The notes under the pieces are model-generated. The model had not been told where the DNA came from. It saw only the letters and a program-made list of their open reading frames with translations, and did no database searches. A program made the position numbers and the translations under genes. A DNA stretch of 64,000 nt from the NCBI RefSeq assembly GCF_001194135.2, contig NC_068985.1, positions 40,049,766 through 40,113,765 of the forward strand, read 5' to 3'. The DNA is from Octopus bimaculoides (lineage: Eukaryota). Numbering within the stretch: the stretch's first letter is position 1; the number at the start of each line of letters is the position of its first letter. Positions 39,350 through 51,638 of the stretch are shown in pieces.

Positions 39350-42300
39350 ATGTGTACATGTACATGAGGGTGAGTGCATGTTTACACATGTCAAAGCATG
39401 TGGCTAGGTGACCTAATGGTATTGAACTTGTGACTGTAAGGTTGTGGGTTTAATTCCTGAGCCAAACAGTGCACTGTGTTTTTGAAAAGCACTTCATTTC
39501 ACATCACTGCAACCAATTCAGCTGGAAAATGGATATCAGCCTAGTAGTGTTGCAGTTCTCTCTCTCATCAACCTTCACGTCTTAGATTTTACACACACAA
39601 CCAAGTCCATACTCTCTCGTCGGTGCTGGCTATAGTTTTGTTTGTTTTTGTTTTTTTAGAGATCATTCTAAATCCTGGCCCAGTTGTGCATGTGTTTAGA
39701 TTTTACTTAAATTCAATAGCAAAACTTCTTTCTTATTTACATTCTGTATAATGCTAATTAAACTAAAAAGGTAAGGCAATAAAAATTCCCAAATGGTCCC
39801 CACATTTTAGTACCTTTCATGTATGTTAAGCAGGGTTTGCATCATTAAAAAAAAAATGTCAAACATTTATACACACATATAAAAGTAAAATGACACAAAT
39901 AGAAGACTAGAACTCAATACTCAAAAGTAGAGCAAATATGTATGTATATTTAGCTGTAAAGCTATATAAATGAATCAAGGAAGTACAATGAACAAAACAT
40001 TCGGGCCCTTGATTCACTTACATAGCTTACAGCTAAATTGTGTGTCTGCAGGTGTGTGTTTGTGTGCGCATACATGCGCGCGTGTGTGTGTAGAAGTATC
40101 ACCAAAGCAGAACTGACATGCAGATAGAAAACAACAAGCTACATTAAAAAAAAAAATAAGAAACTACAACCACCATTCCATGTACTTGCAGCCATCATTG
40201 GTTGGTTGGTTTTGTTAGAAATAAATGAAAGGCAGGTAGAAACTATGTTTTACCTTTAAATTGCTGTTATGTTGTTATAACAAAGTTGTTTTACCACATT
40301 GCTTGCTCACAACCATAGATATAAAAGGTTAAGATTTTATCGTGAAGTCCATATCATGCAATTATTTCATATAAACAGGTTGGTTGTGTTTCACATGGCT
40401 AACTAAATACTAAGAGAAAAAAATTGCTGTGTGTATGTATGTGTGAGTGAGAGAAAGAGAGGAAGGAAAGAGAGAAAGAGAGGAAGGAAAGAGAGAAAGT
40501 GAGAGGGAGAGAGAGAGAAAGTAAAAAAAGAGAATGGGAGATAGTGAGAGAGAATTGTTTATAGTTTTTTCCATTGACTTGATCTAAGTGCTGTCCAACC
40601 ACTGTATATGAAATGGAAAATGGAAACATCTCTTAAGCACCCCACCTGTTCCAAGGAACAGAATTTAATGGTTGTCCAGTGGTATGATGCGAATAAGAGT
40701 TAAATCGCCTGCAGGATAGGATTCTGATCTATTGTAGGTTGACATTCCCAAATGATCAGACACTTATTCCTGATAGCTGAGTGTTGAACTTGGATGATAC
40801 AAAATAAAGTGGTTGGCCCAAGGACACAATAATACATTCACAGTAGACTTGAGCTTGTAACTTAAGAGCAAGTAGTTCAATATATTATCTGTTGCATCAT
40901 GGCTCTGTGGCTAGAGCACTGGGCTCATTCATGATGTAGTGAGTTTGATTTCTGGATCAGGCTGTGTGCTCTTGAGCAACATACTTTATTTCATGCTGCT
41001 GTAGAAATGAGTTGTGATGTCACTGGTGCCAAGCTGTATTGACCTTTGCCTTTCCCTTGGATAACATTGCTGGTGTGGAAAGCGTATGGATGGGTGACTG
41101 CTGGTCTTCCATAAACAATCTTGCCCAGACTTGTGCCTCAAAGGGGAACTTTCTAGGTGCAATCCCAAGGTCATTCATGATCAAAAGGGGTCTTTATTCT
41201 TTACCCTTAGTCTATAAAACTGTAAATAACAACAACAGCAGCTGGAACACTATATGACCAACAAGTATTCTGAGTACTGTTCTCTTATCTAATTATGAGT
41301 ATAACTTTGGTAAAGATAAACCGGTAAGGGAGTCTCAACATCGTTGCTTGCCTTGTTAGAAACAGCAACCAAAACTCCATTAAACCATGCACAACCATCT
41401 TAAAAAAAAAAGATATATGATGCCTGAATAAAAAATGGAATGGTCATGGCAGGATTGCTTTTGACCATTTCTTTTCATTCAGGGCTAACCTGGAACAAAA
41501 CAATATCAATTTGGAAAGAGAAGACTTGACACATTAACTTCCCTGACCATACATAGCATTAAAGCCATGTGTAGCATATAGCCAACAATGTTTATAATTT
41601 TTCAATGTGCACAGTTAAGAAAAGAATGAGCTTTACTAGGTTGGTTTCACCAAGATACAAACATTAGTCTTAACCAGGTATGACCATAATTTAATCTTTC
41701 TAATCTTTTATGGTTAGCATGGAAAAGATTGGGCTTTTATAGGTTGGTTTAGTCAAGATACACATACACTGCAGTATATCATGTATAACAATGAGGGAGC
41801 CTCCACATAAGTCACTCAACCTATTATATATGAAAGCCAAATCTCCCTCAAATTACATCCGATTGTCTTTAAAAAAGAAGAAAAAATGAATAATGTCATC
41901 TTAGATATATTTTGTCTGAAAAAATAAAGGGGTGGCTTGGCTGGAAAGCCTTAAACTCAATGAGTTGGACTAAAACAATGATGACAATGATAACCTTGGA
42001 CTAAACAATGATGACGTGCATGACAATATAGAATGAACTAGCAGTATGTTTCAATTAATTATTAAAATAAGTCACTTTTAAGATGTAGTTATTAGGCATG
42101 GCTGTGTGGTTAAAGCTGTTTAATTACATGGCATGGCACTTTGGGTAAGTACCTACAGCAATTGCCATGGGTTGACCAATGTCTTATGAGAGAAATTTGA
42201 TAGAAATTCTGTGTGTGCACACACGCGCATGCACAATGTATATGTATGTTGTGCTGCATATGTAAATTGCTTCAGGTATTTAAGTCTGTAAAAGAGCAAT

Positions 42301-42442
42301 ACCTCTCTCTCTCTCTCTAAAAGGATGTGACACTGCTCAGTTTTAGCCATTTCATAAACAGAGAGTGATGAAATGAGTGGCATTAAACTTTAGGGTTGAA
42401 TATAATTGACTGAAATCTCAAACTTTTTAAATAACACTAAAA

Positions 42443-42608
42443 GGCACAGGAGTGGCTGTGTAGTAAGTAGCTTGTTTACCAACCACATGGTTCCGGGGTT
42501 CATTTTCACTGCGTGGCACTTTGGGCAAGTGTCTTCTACTATAGCCTCGGGTCAACCAAAGCCTTGTGAGTGGATTTGGTAGACGAAAACTGAAAGAAGC
42601 CCGTCGTA

Positions 42609-42676
<68 letters not shown>

Positions 42677-42895
42677 TGTGTGTGTATATGTTTGTGTGTC
42701 TGTGTTTGTCCCCCCAACATCGCTTGACAACCGATGCTAGTGTGTTTAGGTCCCCGTAACTTAGCGGTTCGGCAAAAGGGACCGATAGAATAAGTATAAG
42801 GCTCCTAAAGAATAAGTCCTGGGGTCGATTTGTCGACTAAAGGCGGTGCTCCAGCATGGCCACAGTCAAATGATTGAAACAAGTAAAAGAGTAAA
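42443..42895 (+). mobile_element. SINE family A, full length, plus orientation
   Basis: Reverse complement of the 471, 1698 and 7786 copies. Confidence 0.9.
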
Positions 42896-43727
42896 ACAGT
42901 TCAATTAAAGTTTTAATTTTAACATAGCTAGTCCAAACTAGGAAGATACCAGCTTTTCTTTTTAGGACAGTTAAGCAGTTTGGTGACTCACCCCATTTCA
43001 ATAAATGATGATTATTTCAAAAAAATATTGTAATATTTTTTTTTTTTTAGTTGAATAGACAAGTTTTTCTTTGGTTATAAATAATACAACTTAATTCAGT
43101 CACTTTACTACTGGTGTAAAGTACTTTTTTCTCCTGTTTGTGTATATGTGTGAATGTATAGAGATAGGAAAAAGCAACAGACCTACTGACATGACTAGAA
43201 CCATAGCTTACCAATTACACTACAGGGAACCTACCTCACCCTCCTTCTCAAATTAGAAACTGAAACCTTTTATTGCTTATATTAATATGTATTAATCACC
43301 TTTTTTTCCTCTTTTACTGGTTTCAGTCATTGCACTGTAACTATGTTAGGGCAATACTTTCAAGGCATTTCACTAATTATATCACAGAAGAGTAAATACC
43401 ACAGGAAATTTAATCAAATATACATGGGACACACACAACAACAATCCCTCATAAACTCAACAATCACATGAAACTAATGCAAAACACAATGGATATATAT
43501 ACTCTGTAGATAACTTAGTGATTCGCCATATTTCACGCTCTGTTTTGAGTTCTATTAGAATTAGTCATCTTGATTTTTTGATTAAAGTTTCCAAACAATA
43601 TATATATATATATATATATATANNNNNNNNNNACATCCACCCCTAGGGGTCAGCCACACTTAAGTGGCAATATACTACACTTTATCATGCAGTTACTGTT
43701 AATACTTCATTTAGAGAATTAACATTG

Positions 43728-43765
<38 letters not shown>

Positions 43766-44105
43766 TGGTGGTGCTCCAACATGGCCACACCAACACACAC
43801 ACATTATACATACATAAAACAGTTTTTCATGCAGTTTCCCTTTAAAAAAAATTTACTCAGAAGGCATTGCCCAAAATTGAGACTATAAAGAAAGATATTT
43901 GTGCAAGATGCCATATAGTTGAATTGACATAGGAACACCATAACTGCAAAGTGAATTTCTTACAGAGACTGCCAAAACATCATTAATAATCTATTAAATC
44001 AAAATGATTGATAGATAGAAATTAACATAGAGTCCAGTTTTCATGGAAAGAATGCCAAAAAACTATATATTAATATTAAATGTTTATGATTTGCTATATG
44101 TAGAG

Positions 44106-44152
<47 letters not shown>

Positions 44153-44157
44153 TATAT

Positions 44158-44208
<51 letters not shown>

Positions 44209-45038
44209 GTGTTTGCATGTATTGTTTAATCATCATCATTATTATTATTAATATTATTATTATTATTATTATTATCATTATTAAGGCCATTGGATTGGCA
44301 GAATTGATAGTGCTGGAAAAAGGATTTTGGGAATTTATTCCAACTATTTATATATTTTGAGTTCAAATCTCACTAAGGTCAATTTTGTCTTTCAAAGTAC
44401 CAGTCGGGTACTGAGGCTGATTTAATCAAATATTCCCTTCCTCTCACTAAAAAAAAAATTTTTTAGTTTTCTTTGTCTTATTAAAAACAATTATCATCAT
44501 TTTAAAAATAGATATTCATATTGAACTTTAGACTTCTAAACAAAAAAAATTAATTTCAATTAAGATAAATGAAATTAATGAGTTTTTAACAGGAATGGAA
44601 ATTTTTCTTCACTTAGGTCCAATGTTTGTATTAAGTTAATGGGAAGGTTGAATATATTTGCAAATACATGTATTCACGCAAGCACACACACTTTTTGTCA
44701 GTTCGTTTTTAACCATAAAAGTTAAGGCCATGCTAAGGCATTGTGTGTATGTGTGTATGTGTTTCTCCATAAAGTAATTTAAAGACAATGATAAACCATA
44801 AATGAAAACAAAAATAATTATGTTAACTATTAAATGTAGCAAGTATTAATGAAAGAAATGAATAAATTTGAAAGCCAAAAACAAAAAGAAAGAATAGATG
44901 AACCAAGAAACTACAATATCAAACCACATAAAATTAGTACTAAAATAAAGAGGACTTTTCCTAAACAGGGAACCAATTATTACTATTATCATTATACTTT
45001 TCAATATAAACTAATGAATCAGGTGTAAAATGATTCAC

Positions 45039-48000
45039 CTGTATTTTCTTGGTCTGGCTGTGAAATAATCATTTCCTGTTCTGCAGTTGTAGTTGTTGTA
45101 GTACTAATAGTAGTTGTTGCATTAGCTGTTGTAGTTATTGTAGAAGTAGTAGTAGTAGTAGCTGTGGTATTTGAAGTCATTTGCCAGTTGTTGTTTTGTA
45201 GTTCATTTTGCATTGTGTTGACAATATTCATTCTGTGAGTATCATTCAATAAAACTGGTTGAGTTTGTGGTGTTTTGACAGTGTTAACTCCATGAATGCC
45301 AGCTGATAAATCTGGTTGATTAGATAATACATTTACACTAACTCCAGATGTGCTATGAGATAGCTGTGACAAATTAGAGGGTTTAAATGGATTTGATGCA
45401 AATGTGTTAAGAGGCCTATCTGATGGGATAGCAGCTTTAAATGGATTCATTCCAGAGGTGTTAAGAGATAGATTAGGTTGACTAAATGTTTGAAAGGAGT
45501 TGATACTAGACCTGCTTGGAGATATATCTGATTGATTAAAAGTTAGAAAAGGATTTACTCCAATTGTTGTGACATTAGACTGGTTATATATATTTAATGG
45601 ATTAACTCCAGATATGTTTGTAGATATATCTGGTTGGCTTGATGTTTTAAATGGATTTATCCCAGATGTGTCTGGGGAAACAGAGTAGTCATATCTTTTA
45701 AGTGGGTTTATTTCAGACATGCTTGGTGGCAGATCTAGTACAGGAGATGTTTTTGCTGTGTTTATTCCATGTATATGAGGTGGTACACCTGATCTAGCCG
45801 CTTTAATAATGCTTATACCTGATGTACGAGGAGGAACCTCTGGTGGTTTAGATGTTTTTTTCACTATCTTACTATCAGATGGTTTATGCAATAAGTCAGA
45901 TTGATATGAAGTGGAAATTTCTGAGCTGGCAGGAGTATAGAAGGGATTAGAACTTAGTTGGAGGGAGTGAATAGTTGTGGTAGGTCTTGTACATTCAGTT
46001 GTCAAAGAAATTGGATTGGGTGAGATGACAACTGAACTTACAGTAGACCTGTCTCCAATTGTGTTAGAGATAGCCTTATTTTCTTTAGAGTTTTCTATAA
46101 TATTTTGGGGATCAACTTTACTATTTGTATAGTTATTTTGCTTATTTGAAATCCTATGAGACCTTCTATTACGTGAGCACAACAGTTCAGAAAGTAAACA
46201 CTCTCCATTTAAATTATTAATGTGGTTTCTTATTAGTTCCTTATCAGCACTGTCTAGCCCTTGAATAGTTAAATTTTCATCAATTTTGTATATTTGATTA
46301 TTTTCTGACTGACAATTACTAGCACTACATGTATCTTGAATATGATTTGGAACTTGCTCTTGAGGTTCAACATGTTCAAATGACTGCATAGGTGCTTGCA
46401 AAGAGTATGGCATTGTAAAATTAGGATGATGGCCATCTTTAATTTGATTTAGATTTTTGTTATCAACATGTAAATCTTCAGATTCCACAGGTTGGCTCTC
46501 TAATAAATAATCCTCTGCTTCATTACTAGTGTGGAAAGAAGGTACAGATAAGGATTTATATAATCTCTGTCCTTGTCCCAAGTCATCATCAAAATAAATA
46601 GCAGGATCATCTGTTGGAAAATGTTTGTAAGGATAAATATCATGGGGGTCATGTGACTGCATTAGAAAGGCTACTTCTTCCCTATCTAATTCATCAATAG
46701 GTGGAGGAGAATCTGGAGGTGAAGAATTTAAAACTGGAACTTCAAAATACTGGTTTGGTACATCGAAAAGAGATTCCCTATAAAATTCGTTATTGTCTTT
46801 GACAAAACTCTTTACATCACGGATATAAAATACTGGATTCACAGTATCATCATTATTCCTTGCTGTAGAATTCTGATGATCTTTGTCCCCATTTGTTAGA
46901 GGTGCTGTGATCTGATTGTAATCATTTTCAGTTTGGAAAGGATTGCAGTTTTCCTTCTGAGAAGATGGATGAGAATCAATGGAAGTCATGTTATTCATGA
47001 CACTGTCTTTGTTCATTACTGTTAACTTTCTATCATGCTTAAAAGACAGGTTTTCATGTGGATTTCTTGTAGATTCTTCACCATATTGATACTTACTACC
47101 ATTGAAATGAATATCATTTTCAGTTGAAGATGAACTAAAAGATGATTTATTTAAACAATCATTTGCATGTGGTGAACTTAATGTCAAATTGTTATGAATT
47201 GCTGAAATAGATGAATTATTTTCTGGAAAATTTCCATGAAAGTCATTGCTGCTGCTGTTGGTGTTATTATTTTCTAAATTCCTTGAGAAATCAAAAAAAG
47301 AGTCTCTGCATGATGATGACCTTGTCAGAACTGGAGAATGCCTCTCACGTTTATTTTCGTAAGGTGCCGATTCAGAACGAATATGTAATGATTGCAAATT
47401 TAGGCGAGGCAATGACCGAGCATGTTTTACATGAATTTCATATAAATGTGGAACTTCTTCAATATTAGTCCCATGAATAGGTCGGGGTGTGTATGATCCA
47501 AGATTGTCTTTTTTTCTTTCTGTAAGAACCCTTGGTAAAGTATTGTGTTGTTTTGAGTTGGAATCATTTTTGGTAAATTTCAATTTCTGATCTTTGTTCT
47601 CATTATCAAGTTGGGTATATTTCATACATAGATTCTTAACTGATTGTGATGACTTTATTTGACCTATCTCGGCATGTTTCACAGGTTGGTTTCTGTTAAC
47701 ACCTTTACTGTAAACTGCAAATCGATCTCTAAAAGGTTTTTGAAGCTTCAACCCTTGGTCATTATTTGGATTCCAGTGATTTTGGACAGAATGTAGAGAG
47801 CAATAGAATTCTCTTTTGCTTTGCGCATCATTTAATTCCTGGTAGAGTTGGTTCAGCATGCGAAGTTTTTTAGGGGGAAGCTTATTATAGTTATTGTTGT
47901 TTGGTTCAGACACAGCAGTACTAGAAATGCCATAGTGATTCTCAAGAACAGAAATCTGATTGAGTATGTCAAAGTTTTTCTTGAGCTTTAAAAATTTTTC

Positions 48001-48753
48001 AGATCTTTTCGAGGAATGTAGTATTCCAGCAGCATAAGACTGATAGGTATGATGATCTATACGATTAACAGGGTCATTACTACCAGGTTTGTGCTTGGAT
48101 CGTTCCTCCTTCATCTCCTTCTGTGAGTTCCATAACTGGGCACCAAGCTGTGAAGCAAACTGTTTGTAGTTTGCTCTATTTTCTTCAAGAAGTGATATTT
48201 CTTCAGATACATTTCTCCTATACTGATCTTCATGTGCAGAATCTTTGACACCTAAAAATTTTGATTCATGAGCTAGCAAGCTGTCAGTTTTCATATGATT
48301 ACTAATATTAGCTTGGTCTGATCTGTTCTGAGACCTATCATTGATAGAAAAATTGTTAGATTTAGCTAACTCCTCCTCAGTAGAGTTTTGATCTCTTGCA
48401 CCCATTTCAAATCTAGTCATGGTATCATCAAAGGGAAATGTATTTTTAGGCACACTCTTCTGTTGATTAGCTTTAGGGTTTAGAGAGTAAATGTTTGTAT
48501 TTTCTTCATTACCAGTGTATAGAGAATCACTTGTATCTTTGTCTACACTGAAGAAAGATTGTTGGTTTGTGTCATACTTATACAATGTTGGGCTTTGCAT
48601 TTTATCAATAACATTACAAATGATGGAGTTGATGAACAGGTAAATGAAAGTATTGGATATTTTGCTAATGTGTTGCTTATTAGATGATAACAGAGGTTGG
48701 ATAAAGTATAAAGGGTCCTTATATCTCATATTATCATGTGTTTTTGTTATTGT
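45039..48753 (-). CDS. Giant (~3.7 kb) coding exon encoding ~1,240 aa of Ser/Asn/Thr-rich, probably disordered protein; probably an alternative exon of the SORBS/CAP-like gene
   Basis: Uninterrupted 1236-aa ORF (45019-48729) in otherwise ORF-poor DNA. Donor ACAG|GTGAAT at 45039/45038 (phase 1). Candidate acceptor tttcag|ACA at 48754/48753 is in frame with the ORF. The phase-1 end is compatible with the phase-1 start of exon 25475-25575. The 5' boundary and start codon are uncertain (MQSPTLYK is an alternative start). Confidence 0.9.
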
Positions 48754-50754
48754 CTGAAATTCAGATATTTAAGAGACACAAAATAATTGGTGCACATTTC
48801 TAGGAGATGAACAAGATATGTTTAAAAAAATGGAGCTGGAAGCAGAATCATTAATCTTTCATGAATTATCGTTTGTATATGTGTATAATTACATAGAGCT
48901 TCCCAGAGTGGTAGTTATGAAAGGGATTATTGTTAGTCTATAAGCCAGACTGGAATCTAAATAATATTAGCAAATGAGGGGAACAACAGAACACAAGCTT
49001 TTCTATTCTGAGCTCTTTCTTTCTTTTTTCTTTTTTGTACTAGAAGGGGCCTGAGAATGGTTTGATAATGGGGCTGGAAAATGATGTATGTTATTGGTTG
49101 TCATAGTAACAACAATCATCATAGCACAGTAAATAATTAGTTAATTCTACAGCTCAACTTCATATGAAGTCAAGTAATCAATGTACTATGCTTAATGAGG
49201 CGAGCCATGCAAGCGGAGAAACCTGACATCAATAATTCCAAACTCTCTGCAATAAAAAAAGGCAACAAATGTTAGTGCAAGATATTAAAAAAAAAAAAAA
49301 TTAAAAACAGAAGAACAATCCAAAAGATGCATTTTTTTTGTTAAATTTCTAAAAAAATTTTTTCAAGTTATTGACTTCATGCTTGAAAACAGAACAAGCC
49401 ATGCACCATCTGAGATGTGTTATTTACAATACATATTAAATTTAAAATGCAGACATGCTAATATAACATCATTAGTAGATTGTACCAAAATTCAATAGTA
49501 TTTATCATATGGGAACCTTCTACAATCTTTACAATTTAAGGTTCATATAGGTTATTAAAGAGAGGACTGAACCTAAACATCATAATGTAAAAACAAAAAA
49601 AATGATAATAAGGGAAACAGGTATGACATTCAAATATTTAATTCAAAACAGATTTTAAAATCAAAACGATATTAAAACTACATTATTTTTCGTATTAGTT
49701 CCAATCATTTATGGAACTATCAAAAGATAAATAGCTATTTTGAAGGATGATAATCTATAAAAATGAAGAAATTTATAGATAACTTTCTGATCAGAAGAAT
49801 TTTTTCGTAATAATTTCTTCTTTAAGCACAAAACCAATTCTTGACAGATATAGGAGACAGTGGAATCCCTACAGGTATTAATCCATAATGATAAGGATTT
49901 CTAAACTTTAGCATCAGGATTTGAGCTCATAATATGAAGAGGTGTCAGTTATAACTATTTTTTGATTGATTCTGCTATCTGCTGCCATTAGCCCATTTTT
50001 GGTGATCAATTTAGTAAATGATCATCATCATTATTATTATTATTATTATTATTTACTCCTCTAAATAATGAAAGGAATGAGCTTATTTTACTTGATTTAA
50101 TTTCAAAGTTAATTCCATTATTATTACTATTATTATTATTATTAATGTTATTATTATTATCGTTGTTGTGTCACTGATTAGTGGGTATTTGGATTGTTTT
50201 CTCCCTTACAGGCCCTCTTTTAATCAAAGTTACACTTTTAAATGCTAATATATGAAAAGGCATGGCATGTCGGGGGGTGCGGGTGTCAAACCTCTTAAAT
50301 GAATATGTTAAAGCTTATGATTATATATATATAGTCCTTGACCATCTCTGATCAAGTAGGCCTACAATCAAAAATGTTCCATTCATCACCATCCTGTAAT
50401 TCATTTTTCAAGTATATGTTATTCAATGTATCCTTAAGTTAATAACTTTATTGGGAAGAGTTTTGACTGCTATTTCTAGCAGGTCAAACAGCTATGTTGA
50501 AGTTCTTTGTTGTTGTTGTTTGTTTGTTTCTAGATCAACCCTTATCCAATAAGCCTATGACTAAAGATATTCAAACTGTGATCGTGCCATCTTGGTTTAA
50601 GATGTAATCTACAGTTTGGATTCTGTTGTTACTTCAATGAATGAGGGTTCAGCAAGGCAGAGCTGCACTGTGTTCTTACTTTGTTGTTTTGTTGTGTCAC
50701 TTGGCTTCTGAAGAAGAGTGATGCTGGTATCCTGGTTTGCTGAATAATCTGCAC

Positions 50755-51638
50755 AATGAATATCAAGATCAGAGCTTATTGACCCATAGCTATCAAGCCA
50801 ATGTGATGAAAAATGGTGTAGACCCAAAGTGTCGATACTGCAACAATGGGATAGAAACAGTTGACCACCTAATCTTTGGATGTAAGGTTTTAGCACTTGT
50901 AGAGTACAAATCAAGACATGACAGAGTTGGCCAATATCTACATTGGATGTGTCGGCATTATAAAATCAAAACTGCTGACAAATGGTACAAGCACCAACCT
51001 AAGGTTGTAACTGAGGGAGAAAATGTAACTATTCTTTGGGACTTCCAAGTATGTACAGACTGAACCATCAAGACAAATAAACCAGATATATTATTGTGAA
51101 AGACAAAACAATAAAGTTTGTTTATTGATTGACATGACCATACTCTGTGATCATAATATCTCGGCAAAAGAATTTGATAAGCTCAGAAAACATAAAGATT
51201 CGCTAATCGAAATCAAAAAGATGTGGCATCTCAAGATGGTTACAATACCAGTGATTGTAAGAGCACTTGGAATGATCAAAAAAGGAATTGAAAATTATTT
51301 AAGAATGACTCCTGGCTTAACATGCATGCAGGAAATGTAAAAGATTGTCTTAACTGGTACGTCATATGTATTGAGAAGAGCATTATCGCTGTGAATTCCC
51401 CCCCCCCTATTTTATCTGTTTACTTTTCTATATTTTTTCCCCTTTTTCTCTCTGTCTTCCTCCTTTTCTCTATCACATTACTCTGTAAATGAACAATCTA
51501 GTGTGTTTGTTTTAATGGCCTACCAATGTACACAGTACATTTCTCTGCCCTAGGTGTCAGGAAGACACTTGGCAAGAAATGGAAACAGCATTGGAAGAAG
51601 ATGCTAATGAAAATAATAATAATAATAATAATAATAAT
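50755..51638 (+). mobile_element. R4/Dong-like non-LTR retrotransposon 3' end (zinc knuckle, restriction-like endonuclease, 3' UTR, (AAT)n tail)
   Basis: CRYCNNGIETVDHLIFGC, RHDRVG, ILWDF, NKPDI...IDMT...KEFDKLRKHKD...IPVIVRALG, with a stop and a frameshift. (AAT)9 at 51612-51638. Confidence 0.88.
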
